A stretch of 64,000 nucleotides of DNA, the filler included. It is 9 parts of 9 records of this genome, joined end to end, with 100 filler letters (N's around TTAATTAATTAA, not from the genome) between each part and the next. Parts side by side here need not be neighbours in the genome. Positions count along the whole stretch, not along the records: positions 19,681 to 27,394 come from SRR31147125_54877; positions 27,495 to 35,805 come from SRR31147125_54889; 7 more parts are not named here. One strand, written 5' to 3'. Made by a program: the position numbers and the translations under genes. This document shows, piece after piece, positions 19,581 through 28,880 of the stretch. Under the pieces are notes generated by a model, which searched no databases, was not told where the DNA came from, and worked only from the letters and a program-made list of their open reading frames with translations. The stretch's first letter is position 1. Each line of letters starts with the position of its first letter.

Positions 19581-19680
19581 NNNNNNNNNNNNNNNNNNNN
19601 NNNNNNNNNNNNNNNNNNNNNNNNTTAATTAATTAANNNNNNNNNNNNNNNNNNNNNNNNNNNNNNNNNNNNNNNNNNNN
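19581..19680. other. artificial contig linker
   Basis: N-run/TTAATTAATTAA/N-run. Confidence 0.98.
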
Positions 19681-19802
19681 GAACTTTTCGAATCAAGCCC
19701 TTGAAAAAAGATGAGTTTTCTTGCCGGCACTAATTATATATGACTTTGTGAATTACTGAAACAAGAAGATATTTTGTACTTGAAAAACTAAAACTTATAA
19801 CA

Positions 19803-21668
19803 ATGAATAAAGTAATACTGGTAACTTTTTTGATGATGTGTTTCGTTGTTTCCAACGCACAAAACCACAAAAACATTTTTATTGAAGCTGAAAGTTTCGA
19901 AAACCACGGAGGTTGGGTAAACGATCAGCAGTTTATGGACGAAATGGGCTCGCCGTATTTAATGGCTCATGGCATGGGCGTTGTAGTTAACGATGCCACA
20001 ACAACGGTTAAGTTTCCAAAAACCGGAAAATATTATTTGCATGTACGCACAAAAAACTGGGCAGCTAATTGGTCGAAAAACGAGGCTCCCGGAAAATTCA
20101 AGGTGTTGTTAAATGGTAGAGCTGTTAACAAAATTTTTGGCACCGAAAAAGATGAATGGAGCTGGATTAATGGTGGCGAAGTAGATATAACAGCAAAGAA
20201 AACCACTGTTGCTTTGCACGACTTAACGGGTTTTAACGGCCGTTGCGATGCTATTGTTTTTACTACCGATCCTGATTTTAAACCGGTGAATGAATTGGAA
20301 GCACTGAATGCTTACCGTCATAAAATGCTTGGATTATCAGCAGCGCCTAAAAATGCAGGTAAATACGATTTTGTAATTGTTGGTGGCGGAATGGGTGGAA
20401 TTTGTGCTGCAATTTCGGCAGCCCGTTTAGGCGTAAAAGTTGCGCTTATTCAGAATCGCCCGGTGTTGGGAGGAAATAACAGCTCCGAAGTACGTGTACA
20501 CCTTGGCGCCCGAATAAGGCAAGAGCCATGGCCAAACATTGGTAATCTGGTAAACGAAATTGGTCCGGAACGCAGAGGAAACGCACAGCCAAAAGATTAT
20601 TACGAAGATGATAGAAAATTGAAAGCTGTTCTTGCTGAGAAAAATATTTCGTTATTTCTGAATTGCCATGCCAATGGTGTGGAAATGGATGGTGATAAAG
20701 TTGCCGCAGTAAAAGCACAAAATATTGTTACCGGCGAAAAACTAATTTTTAAAGCGCCGTTATTTGCCGACTGCACCGGTGATGGAACAATAGGTGCACT
20801 AGCCGGTGCCGAATTTATGCAAGGTCGCGAAAGCCGCGATGTATTTGGAGAACAAACTGCACCCGAACGTGCCGACAGCCTGACAATGGGAGCCTCGGTA
20901 CAATGGTTTTCGAACAAGAAAGATAAACCGGCGCCTTTCCCCGATATTAAGTGGGGAATTGAAATGAATGATGAAAAATCGCATGCCATAACAAAAGGCG
21001 ACTGGGACTGGGAAACCGGAATGGGAATTGACCACACCAAAGACTTCGAGCGTGTACGCGATTACGGAATGTTGGTGGTTTATTCTAACTGGTCGTATGT
21101 GAAAAATCATTCGAAAGTGAAAGCAGACTTTGCCAACGAACAATTGCAATGGGTCGCTTTTGTTGCCGGAAAACGCGAAAGCCGTCGTTTAATCGGCGAT
21201 TATATTCTAACGGAAACCGACTTGCGCGAACGTAAGGTTTATCCTGATGGAACTGCTCCAACAACCTGGTCGATGGACTTGCATTATCCGCATCCCGAAA
21301 ATTCGAAAATGTTCCCCGATGCGCCTTTCCGTAGTATTGCAAAACACATTCAAATATATCCTTATCCTATTCCTTTCCGTTGTTTGTATTCTAAAGACGT
21401 TGATAATTTGATGATGGCCGGACGCCATATCAGCGTATCGCACGTAGCACTCGGAACAGTGCGTTTAATGCGTACAATTGGCATGGAAGGCGAAGTGTTG
21501 GGAATGGCTGCATCGATTTGTAAAGAGGAAAATACAACTCCACGCGGCGTTTACCAGAACCATTTTGCAAAAATGGAAAAACTAATGGATAAAGGTATTG
21601 GCGATGCCAGTCTGCCAAACAAACAAACCTACAACATGGGCGGAACATTGATGAAGAAGAAAAAATAA
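19803..21668 (+). CDS. secreted FAD-dependent oxidoreductase (FAD_oxidored-type) with an N-terminal beta-domain
   Basis: signal peptide; VGGGMGG..AA..AAR.G, LGGNNSSE, DCTGDG, KRESRR, IPFRCLYS, R.MRT. Confidence 0.85.
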   Translation: MNKVILVTFLMMCFVVSNAQNHKNIFIEAESFENHGGWVNDQQFMDEMGSPYLMAHGMGVVVNDATTTVKFPKTGKYYLHVRTKNWAANWSKNEAPGKFKVLLNGRAVNKIFGTEKDEWSWINGGEVDITAKKTTVALHDLTGFNGRCDAIVFTTDPDFKPVNELEALNAYRHKMLGLSAAPKNAGKYDFVIVGGGMGGICAAISAARLGVKVALIQNRPVLGGNNSSEVRVHLGARIRQEPWPNIGNLVNEIGPERRGNAQPKDYYEDDRKLKAVLAEKNISLFLNCHANGVEMDGDKVAAVKAQNIVTGEKLIFKAPLFADCTGDGTIGALAGAEFMQGRESRDVFGEQTAPERADSLTMGASVQWFSNKKDKPAPFPDIKWGIEMNDEKSHAITKGDWDWETGMGIDHTKDFERVRDYGMLVVYSNWSYVKNHSKVKADFANEQLQWVAFVAGKRESRRLIGDYILTETDLRERKVYPDGTAPTTWSMDLHYPHPENSKMFPDAPFRSIAKHIQIYPYPIPFRCLYSKDVDNLMMAGRHISVSHVALGTVRLMRTIGMEGEVLGMAASICKEENTTPRGVYQNHFAKMEKLMDKGIGDASLPNKQTYNMGGTLMKKKK

Positions 21669-21743
21669 TACGAATATTTGGCAGAAGTAAGGAGACATTT
21701 ACAACGCATTTTTGGAATACTAAACAACTTTTGAGCACGAACA

Positions 21744-21807
21744 TTTCCCCTCCTTTTTCGAAGAAGAGGAGGGGGGCCAGAGCAAAGCGATGGTGGGGTG
21801 GTGTGAA
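21744..21807 (+). repeat. REP-like palindromic intergenic element; second copy at 60238-60300
   Basis: CCCCTCCTTTTTCGAAGAAGAGGAGGGG hairpin followed by ..GGTGGTGTGAA. Confidence 0.7.
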
Positions 21808-21900
21808 TTTGAAGGAAAGACCTGTCATAGATATTTAACACACATTTTTTATGTGCATAATAGGAAAAGGACAGAAATAAATATATAGAATAGGCACTGA

Positions 21901-23016
21901 ATGAAACCATTCAAAATATACAAAAAAGGCACGGCTGTAATTTTTATGGCTGTGCTGTTTTTTATCCTGACTTCGCTGATATCTTATAATGATTATTCAT
22001 CAAAAAAGAAGGTATTCTCATTCGTTTCGCAAGATTCGGTTACAATTGAAGTAAATGCTTTCTTTAACAAGGATTCAACACTTTCAGGTTACAAAGCCTA
22101 CATATTTTCTCCGGTTTGCGACGACACCACCTGTTACCCCGTGGAAATAGAATTTTACTGGGATGTTTTGGGCAACTTTCAAAAATATGAAATCCTGCCG
22201 GGCAAAGAGCTCACCAAACTCGACCACGAACCTTTTTCAGAAAAAGACTACCAAAAGTTTACCCGCCTGCTAAACAATAACAATCCGTCGTTTTGGGGAA
22301 TGAGTAAACAAGAATTGATTGGTGATGTTGTAAACGACTCAATTGATGGTTATTCGGGAGCAACAGTTCAGGCCGTAAAAGAAGAGGTAATTGAAGGTGC
22401 CGTGTACAGTTGTTATACTTTGTGGCACATTGCACACGGAGAAGTGGCTGACAGCATTAAAAAGTATACCCAAACGTTTCTTTCGCCAGGACTGGTTACA
22501 CAATGGATTAATTCCGAAAATTCAGATGCTTACTTTTATTTAATTAATCATTTTTCGGAAAGTGATTTTGCTAAGTACACGCCGGAGGTTTTATTTATGA
22601 TGCGCAGAAGTAAAGGCTACCTGGCGCAACGGGCGTTGGAACGAATGCCTGAAATTGTGCTGAAAAATGGCAACTTCCAGGATTCGCTGGCAACTATTTA
22701 CCCGACACTTGACTATTATGCACAGCGAACAATTTTGAAAAGAATTGACGGCTTATCAATAACGGAAACGCTGGCAAAAGCAATGCTTGAAAATATTGAA
22801 CCGCGCAGCTCGTTTAACCTCGAAATGATAATTCGAATATTTTGTGATGGCAAAAACACATTCAGTTTAGAGTTGAATGAATACTTTCTGAAGAAGTTAT
22901 TGAAAAACGAGGTTCAGTTGAATAAGGAACAGTACAAACAATTAGAGGATTTGGGAAAGGAAAATAAAAAACTAAAGAATCTCACTAAAAAACTAAAACA
23001 GAACATTACAAACTAA
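21901..23016 (+). CDS. hypothetical exported protein with CxxxxC and DGYSGAT motifs
   Basis: N-terminal hydrophobic segment; PVCDDTTC; IDGYSGAT; helical C-terminal half. Confidence 0.75.
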   Translation: MKPFKIYKKGTAVIFMAVLFFILTSLISYNDYSSKKKVFSFVSQDSVTIEVNAFFNKDSTLSGYKAYIFSPVCDDTTCYPVEIEFYWDVLGNFQKYEILPGKELTKLDHEPFSEKDYQKFTRLLNNNNPSFWGMSKQELIGDVVNDSIDGYSGATVQAVKEEVIEGAVYSCYTLWHIAHGEVADSIKKYTQTFLSPGLVTQWINSENSDAYFYLINHFSESDFAKYTPEVLFMMRRSKGYLAQRALERMPEIVLKNGNFQDSLATIYPTLDYYAQRTILKRIDGLSITETLAKAMLENIEPRSSFNLEMIIRIFCDGKNTFSLELNEYFLKKLLKNEVQLNKEQYKQLEDLGKENKKLKNLTKKLKQNITN

Positions 23017-23018
23017 TT

Positions 23019-24113
23019 ATGACACAAAAACTACTAACTATTTCTGTTGCACTACTTTTATTTTTATATGGATGCAACGAACCTAAAAAGAAAACAGAGC
23101 CTATAACCGACTTTTCAACTTTATTACAACCCGTACCTGAAACCGCAATTTTAGCTGAGGATGGTTACTATGTTTGGGGCGGCTCTGCAGTTAAAGGCCC
23201 CAAAGGAATGTACCATATTTTTTATGCTCGCTGGAAGAAAGAATATTATTTCAGTGGCTGGGTAACGCACTCCGAAATTGCTCATGCAGTGGCCGATAAA
23301 CCCGAAGGTCCGTTCAAATTTAAAGATGTGGCTCTGCCTGCGCGTGGAGCCGAATACTGGGATGGCTTGTGTACGCACAATCCTACCATAAAAGAATTCG
23401 ATGGTAAATATTATTTGTACTACATGGGCAATACCGGCAACGGAAAAGCCATGGAAAATCTGAATTACATACACCGCAATAATCAACGAATTGGTGTGGC
23501 CTGGGCAGAGCATCCCAACGGACCATGGCACCGCAACGACTCACCTTTTGTGGATGTTTCGGAAGATGAAAATGCCGATGATGCTTTAATGACCAGCAAT
23601 CCTTCGGTAACAAAAATGCGCGACGGAAAATACCTTGTGGTGTATAAAGCTGTGGCCAAACATAAGCCAATGCCTTTTGGCGGGCCGGTTACGCATTTGG
23701 CAGCTATTGCAGAAACCCCGCTGGGGCCAATTAAGAAATACGAGCAACGTATTTTTTATAAAGAAGGCGAATTGTTTCCGGCAGAAGATCCTTTTGTGTG
23801 GTACCAGGAAAGCGACGATATGTATTATGGAATTGTAAAAGATATGCACGGCACCTTTACAGGCGAAGGTGTGTCGCTGGCTTTCTTTAAATCTACGAAT
23901 GGTTTAAACTGGGAGCCCGCAGAAAATCCATTGGCCTCGAAACTGGAATTTACATGGGAAGATGGAACGACCCAGAAAGTAGCAAGGCTCGAAAGGGCAC
24001 AAATTCTATTCGAAAACGGAATGCCCTGCATGTTGTACTGTGCTTCAACCAAAGGAGAACCATTTGGATCAGAAACTTTTAATGTGCATATTCCTTTGAA
24101 GGTTGAGGATTAA
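23019..24113 (+). CDS. lipoprotein glycoside hydrolase, GH43/117/130-like 5-bladed propeller
   Basis: lipobox LYGC; YVWGGS, YH.FYARW, HNPTI, SNPSV, AEDPFVW, LER. Confidence 0.8.
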   Translation: MTQKLLTISVALLLFLYGCNEPKKKTEPITDFSTLLQPVPETAILAEDGYYVWGGSAVKGPKGMYHIFYARWKKEYYFSGWVTHSEIAHAVADKPEGPFKFKDVALPARGAEYWDGLCTHNPTIKEFDGKYYLYYMGNTGNGKAMENLNYIHRNNQRIGVAWAEHPNGPWHRNDSPFVDVSEDENADDALMTSNPSVTKMRDGKYLVVYKAVAKHKPMPFGGPVTHLAAIAETPLGPIKKYEQRIFYKEGELFPAEDPFVWYQESDDMYYGIVKDMHGTFTGEGVSLAFFKSTNGLNWEPAENPLASKLEFTWEDGTTQKVARLERAQILFENGMPCMLYCASTKGEPFGSETFNVHIPLKVED

Positions 24114-24220
24114 CAAAAGCATGTATTGTAGTTAATGAAACGTTGCCATTATCCTGCTGTCTAAAATATATTATGACTAGCTCGGGCATTTATACGCTGT
24201 GTTAAAATATCCTTTTTTGC

Positions 24221-24305
24221 ACCGTGGCTTTAGCCCGGTGGATAAAAAGCACCAACAGATTTGTGGCTTTAGCCATTAAGCTTCTGAAAATTAACGGCTA
24301 AAGCT
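24221..24305. repeat. GGCTTTAGCC/GGCTAAAGC short-palindrome cluster (REP-like)
   Basis: GGCTTTAGCC at 24226 and 24265; inverted GGCTAAAGC at 24296. Confidence 0.55.
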
Positions 24306-24487
24306 CGATGCTGACATATGCTTCAAATGAGGCTGTCTCAGAACAGGTTTGGAGGTGTAATCAAATAGGCTATTCTGAATAGAAAGTTGAATTTCAATAC
24401 ATTTTTCTTTTGATACTCCAATTACATATTAGGTATGTTTTAACTTATCTTCGTCTCAAATAATACTAAACAACTAAATTAATTTCG

Positions 24488-27160
24488 ATGTATTTCAACA
24501 ACAAACTAAAACTAATTTTAACTGCTTTTTTTATGATTTCTGTGCTAAACCTTTTTGCGCAGAATCAAGCCATTAAACCCGGAAAAATTTGGAAAGACAA
24601 TAATGGCGTTCATATAAATGCCCACGGTGGAGGTATTTTAAAACAAGGCAATGTATACTACTGGTACGGAGAACACAAAATTGAAGGGAGTGCCGGAAAC
24701 CGGGCGCATGTTGGCGTTCATTGTTATTCTTCAAGCGATTTATACAACTGGAAAGACGAAGGGATTGCCCTGGCCATTGTGGAAGACGACCCAAATCACG
24801 ACATAACTAAGGGTTGTATTTTGGAGCGCCCCAAAGTAATCTTCAACAAAAAGACCGGGAAATATGTAATGTGGTTTCATTTGGAGTTAAAAGACCGTGG
24901 TTACGATGCTGCCCGCTCGGGAGTTGCTGTGGCCGACTCTCCAACCGGACCATTTAAATTTGTTGATAGTTTCAGACCAAATAAAGGAAACTGGCCCGTT
25001 AATGTTCATAGCTTTCATAAAAAGCCTGTTGGTGCCGATGTGAAAGAAAAGTATTGTGGAGGATTAGGCTGTTTACCTGCCCATGTTGACACGGTTAATA
25101 TTCTTGGTCGCGATTTTGGCGGTGGACAAATGGCCCGCGATATGAATTTGTTTGTTGATAATGACGGGAAAGCCTATCATATTTATTCTTCGGAAGAAAA
25201 TAGCACCACACATATTTCTTTGCTAAGCGATGATTATTTGTCTTATTCAGGAAAATTTGCCCGGGCTTTCCCGAATCGTTACATGGAAGCGCCGGCCATG
25301 TTTAAAAGCAACGGGAAATATTACCTTATGGCTTCCGATTGTACCGGTTGGCTACCAAATGCCATGCGCAGTGCTGTTGCCAATAATATTTTTGGCCCCT
25401 GGCGCGAACTGGGAAATCCTTGCAGGGGGAAAGAGGCTAATACAAGCTTCCGCTCGCAAAGTACTTTCGTTTTTCCTGTGAATGCCGATAAAGGACAATT
25501 CATATACATGGGCGATCGCTGGACTCCCGAAAATGCCATTGACGGACGTTACATTTGGTTGCCGCTAACCTTCGAAAACGATGAACCGGTATTGCGCTGG
25601 AAAGACGAATGGTCGCTGGAAGATTTTGAAAAACAAAATGCCGGAACAGTGACTTTTTCTGAAACCATAAAAAAAGAAGAAGGTAGCAACTGGTGGATGG
25701 GAATTATTGGGCAGGGACACCGTATACCTTTTAACGAAGACTTTGAAATTGATACATGGGGAGCCGGTTTTGGAAACCAGGTGCAACCGCTGATTATTTC
25801 GGATAAAGGCGATGTTGTTTGGAGCGAAGAACCATTGAGCATTGAGAATTCGGAGAAAGAATTAATTGTAGGAGGCCGCGATGAATTAAAAATCTCTAAA
25901 CCCGGAAGTACTTTGAAAGATGCTTATTTATTTGCTTCTGAAAATTATTTCCCGCCATCGGGAAAAACACCGGATGAATTGTTGTTTACCAGTCCGCAAT
26001 ACAATACCTGGATTGAGTTGATGTACGACCAGAATCAAAAAGACATTCTGAAATATGCACATGCCATAAAAGACAACGATTATCCGGCCGGAGTACTGAT
26101 GATTGACGATAATTGGCAGGAAGATTATGGAAAGTGGAATTTCCATGAAGGGCGATTTGACGATCCAAAAGCAATGATGGACGAACTGCACGAGATGGGT
26201 TACAAAGTGATGCTTTGGATTTGTCCATTTGTAAGTGCCGATTGCGATGTGTACCGGGAGTTGAATAAAAAAGGCTATTTCATGAAAACAAAATCGGGCG
26301 AAACTGCCATGGTAAACTGGTGGAATGGTTACAGTGCTTTGCTCGACTTTTCTAACCCCGATGCCCAAGAGTGGTTTAAAGCAGAATTACAGCGCCTTGT
26401 TGATGAATTTGGTGTTGATGGTTTTAAATTAGATGCCGGCGATGCTCGTTTTTACAGCGGCGATATTGAATTGAACGGGCTTTCACCAAACGACCACTCA
26501 AGACTTTGGGGCGAAATAGGTTTGGCATTTCCTCTGAATGAATACCGCGCCATGTGGAAAATGGGCGGCCAGCCATTAGCCGAACGTTTGCACGATAAAA
26601 ACCACAGTTGGGGGCATTTGAATATGCTTATTCCGCAAATGTTGGTCGAAGGAATTATGGGTTACCCGTTTTCGTGCCCCGACATGATTGGCGGTGGTCA
26701 ATACACGTCTTTCCTCGATGGCGCTACAATCGACCAGGAGTTGATTGTTCGTTCTGCGCAATGTCATGCGCTAATGCCAATGATGCAGTTTTCTGTTGCT
26801 CCGTGGAGAGTTTTAGACGTAAAGCATCTGGCCGCTGTTAAAAAGTCAATCGATATTCGTCAGCAGTATAAAGATTACATTCTGGCATTGGCCAAACAGG
26901 CTGCTGTTACTGGCGAGCCAATTATGCGACCAATGGAATACGATTTCCCACACCAGGGATTTGCAAAGGTTGTTGACCAGTTTATGCTTGGCGATAAGAT
27001 TTTGGTTGCTCCGGTGCTTGAAAATCATGCACGTACAAAAAAAGTAATGCTGCCAAAAGGTAAATGGGAAGCTCCAAATGGCAAAACATTTAAAGGCGGT
27101 AAAACCATAGAATTTGATGTGGCTATGGATGAGTTGCTTTATTTTAAACGGATAAAGTAG
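24488..27160 (+). CDS. secreted bimodular glycosidase: GH43 (subfamily 24-like) plus GH31
   Basis: INAHGGG, YYWYGE, ERPKV, ARDM, EAPA and SQST (GH43_24-like); YNTW, IDDNWQ, GFKLDAGD, CPDMIGG and DQFMLGD..LVAP (GH31). Confidence 0.88.
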   Translation: MYFNNKLKLILTAFFMISVLNLFAQNQAIKPGKIWKDNNGVHINAHGGGILKQGNVYYWYGEHKIEGSAGNRAHVGVHCYSSSDLYNWKDEGIALAIVEDDPNHDITKGCILERPKVIFNKKTGKYVMWFHLELKDRGYDAARSGVAVADSPTGPFKFVDSFRPNKGNWPVNVHSFHKKPVGADVKEKYCGGLGCLPAHVDTVNILGRDFGGGQMARDMNLFVDNDGKAYHIYSSEENSTTHISLLSDDYLSYSGKFARAFPNRYMEAPAMFKSNGKYYLMASDCTGWLPNAMRSAVANNIFGPWRELGNPCRGKEANTSFRSQSTFVFPVNADKGQFIYMGDRWTPENAIDGRYIWLPLTFENDEPVLRWKDEWSLEDFEKQNAGTVTFSETIKKEEGSNWWMGIIGQGHRIPFNEDFEIDTWGAGFGNQVQPLIISDKGDVVWSEEPLSIENSEKELIVGGRDELKISKPGSTLKDAYLFASENYFPPSGKTPDELLFTSPQYNTWIELMYDQNQKDILKYAHAIKDNDYPAGVLMIDDNWQEDYGKWNFHEGRFDDPKAMMDELHEMGYKVMLWICPFVSADCDVYRELNKKGYFMKTKSGETAMVNWWNGYSALLDFSNPDAQEWFKAELQRLVDEFGVDGFKLDAGDARFYSGDIELNGLSPNDHSRLWGEIGLAFPLNEYRAMWKMGGQPLAERLHDKNHSWGHLNMLIPQMLVEGIMGYPFSCPDMIGGGQYTSFLDGATIDQELIVRSAQCHALMPMMQFSVAPWRVLDVKHLAAVKKSIDIRQQYKDYILALAKQAAVTGEPIMRPMEYDFPHQGFAKVVDQFMLGDKILVAPVLENHARTKKVMLPKGKWEAPNGKTFKGGKTIEFDVAMDELLYFKRIK

Positions 27161-27225
27161 TTCTACTTTATAATAGAAAGAACAAGTTCTTTTAAAAAAG
27201 GAGCCTGTTTTTTCTGAATTAATTT

Positions 27226-27362
27226 TATGGGGTATCTTATCATGACCCGCATATTTTCTTATTGGGCTGATAAATAGCTACTTACAGGAATATTGCATAT
27301 TTTTCAACACGCTAACATTCAGTATGTTATACATTTTGCGGGTGATGACCGGATACCCCATA
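27226..27362. mobile_element. possible MITE with imperfect terminal inverted repeats
   Basis: TATGGGGTATCTTATCATGACCCGCA ... TGCGGGTGATGACCGGATACCCCATA (22/26 match); no ORF inside. Confidence 0.5.
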
Positions 27363-27394
27363 TTAATTTTTTTAATCCTCCGACCACATTCGTG

Positions 27395-27494
27395 NNNNNN
27401 NNNNNNNNNNNNNNNNNNNNNNNNNNNNNNNNNNNNNNTTAATTAATTAANNNNNNNNNNNNNNNNNNNNNNNNNNNNNNNNNNNNNNNNNNNN
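27395..27494. other. artificial contig linker
   Basis: N-run/TTAATTAATTAA/N-run. Confidence 0.98.
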
Positions 27495-27656
27495 GCACCG
27501 GCAAACATGGAGGTTTATATGAAAGTCTGCGTAGATCGCAGAAAACTTTCATCTTTTGTTGTGTAAGGTGGTCTGACATGGCCGTTATAACCCAATTTAT
27601 TTGTCCGTGGACGGCACAATCCTAATAATGGGTATGGAGGGAGGAAATAGAGGGGG

Positions 27657-28622
27657 TTACACTGCAACATCCAAATGGCGCCCGGGCTCTTCGTCCATTG
27701 CAATGCCTTCGGTCTTGATATAGGTGTCTGCAGCTTGTCGCATTGTACCGAAGGCTTGTTGATCATTTGTTGATGTTCGCTCTTTTGCCTGTTGGATCAT
27801 CAGCTCCGAGAGAGCTTGGGCAGCCAATGAAGATGCTCTGGATGCCACCTTTCTATCCTGGCTGGATGGAGATGCCGGTGCCAGAGCCGCCTGCTGGATT
27901 TGACGCATTTTTGCCATGGTGGCCTGGGGATCACCCGGGATGGGGGAGGTGTCGATGGACACTTCTCCGGCCACAGCATAGTTTCTACCATCAGGACCCT
28001 TCATATATTCCAGCTTTGCCCCTGATGTGACATATTGCCCACCTGCGGCAATGTGTGCCATTTCATGGGTGCGGACTTCGGAATCCACTTGTTGCAGCTC
28101 ATCAACAAGAGCTTGCTCCTGGGCGGTCAGCTCAGTGACCGAATCCTGCCCGGTTCTTTCTGTTGAGTCGGACGCTTCGGAATTATCGGGGGGATCCTCC
28201 GACTCATCTGATCCGGATGGGCCGGTAGCGGTTTTTTCTTCCGATTCTTCGGCCAATGTTCCTGCTCTTCCGAAAATGGAAAAAGAGGTTTCAGAATCAG
28301 CATCGTTTCCATACAACCCGACCTCATTCTCCAATGAAGGATCTTGGGATATGGGTGAAATCGAGATGGGGGATGAGCCTTGTGATTTTTCAACGCTCTC
28401 AGAGGGGTGGCCTTGTCTCGATCCCGGTTCATAGGTTGGAGAGGCATTATTGCCGCTGATGGAGACAACAAACGGCGGATTGTGTGCGGAAGAAATTTGA
28501 GAATAGGAACTTTGGGAATCGTTGGGGGAAATCGTCGAAGTGGGAGAGTGTGAGGCCGTATATTCATACTGGCTGACCCCATAAGCACTGGGATGATATG
28601 ATGTTGTGATTGTATTCATCAA
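27657..28622 (-). CDS. SprA-related family protein (putative metalloprotease, HExxH)
   Basis: low-complexity N-terminus; D.EVRTHEMAH.AAGG, GPDG..YAV.GEV.ID, AALAPA.PS.QD..VA. Confidence 0.85.
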   Translation of the reverse strand: MMNTITTSYHPSAYGVSQYEYTASHSPTSTISPNDSQSSYSQISSAHNPPFVVSISGNNASPTYEPGSRQGHPSESVEKSQGSSPISISPISQDPSLENEVGLYGNDADSETSFSIFGRAGTLAEESEEKTATGPSGSDESEDPPDNSEASDSTERTGQDSVTELTAQEQALVDELQQVDSEVRTHEMAHIAAGGQYVTSGAKLEYMKGPDGRNYAVAGEVSIDTSPIPGDPQATMAKMRQIQQAALAPASPSSQDRKVASRASSLAAQALSELMIQQAKERTSTNDQQAFGTMRQAADTYIKTEGIAMDEEPGRHLDVAV

Positions 28623-28652
28623 CCCGTTCCCTTGCTAAGGTGTTTTGCTCTC

Positions 28653-28690
28653 TTGCCAATCTCATGGATTGAACATGATGAGATTGGCAA
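28653..28690. promoter_or_regulatory. perfect 13-bp inverted repeat upstream of the SprA-family gene
   Basis: TTGCCAATCTCAT-12 nt-ATGAGATTGGCAA, about 30 bp before the start. Confidence 0.45.
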
Positions 28691-28880
28691 TTTGTGCCTC
28701 ACATTGCCGGAAAAAAATAATCAACTTTAATTAACGGTTAACCTTCACTTCACCTTGAAGTGTTTTCTTCGAATCAAAGAAGCGACAAAAGAAATAACAA
28801 TTTGATTTTTTAACCATTATTTATAAATAATAATGATTACAGATATATTTTTCAACCTCAAAATTATTTTGTTGCCGAGA

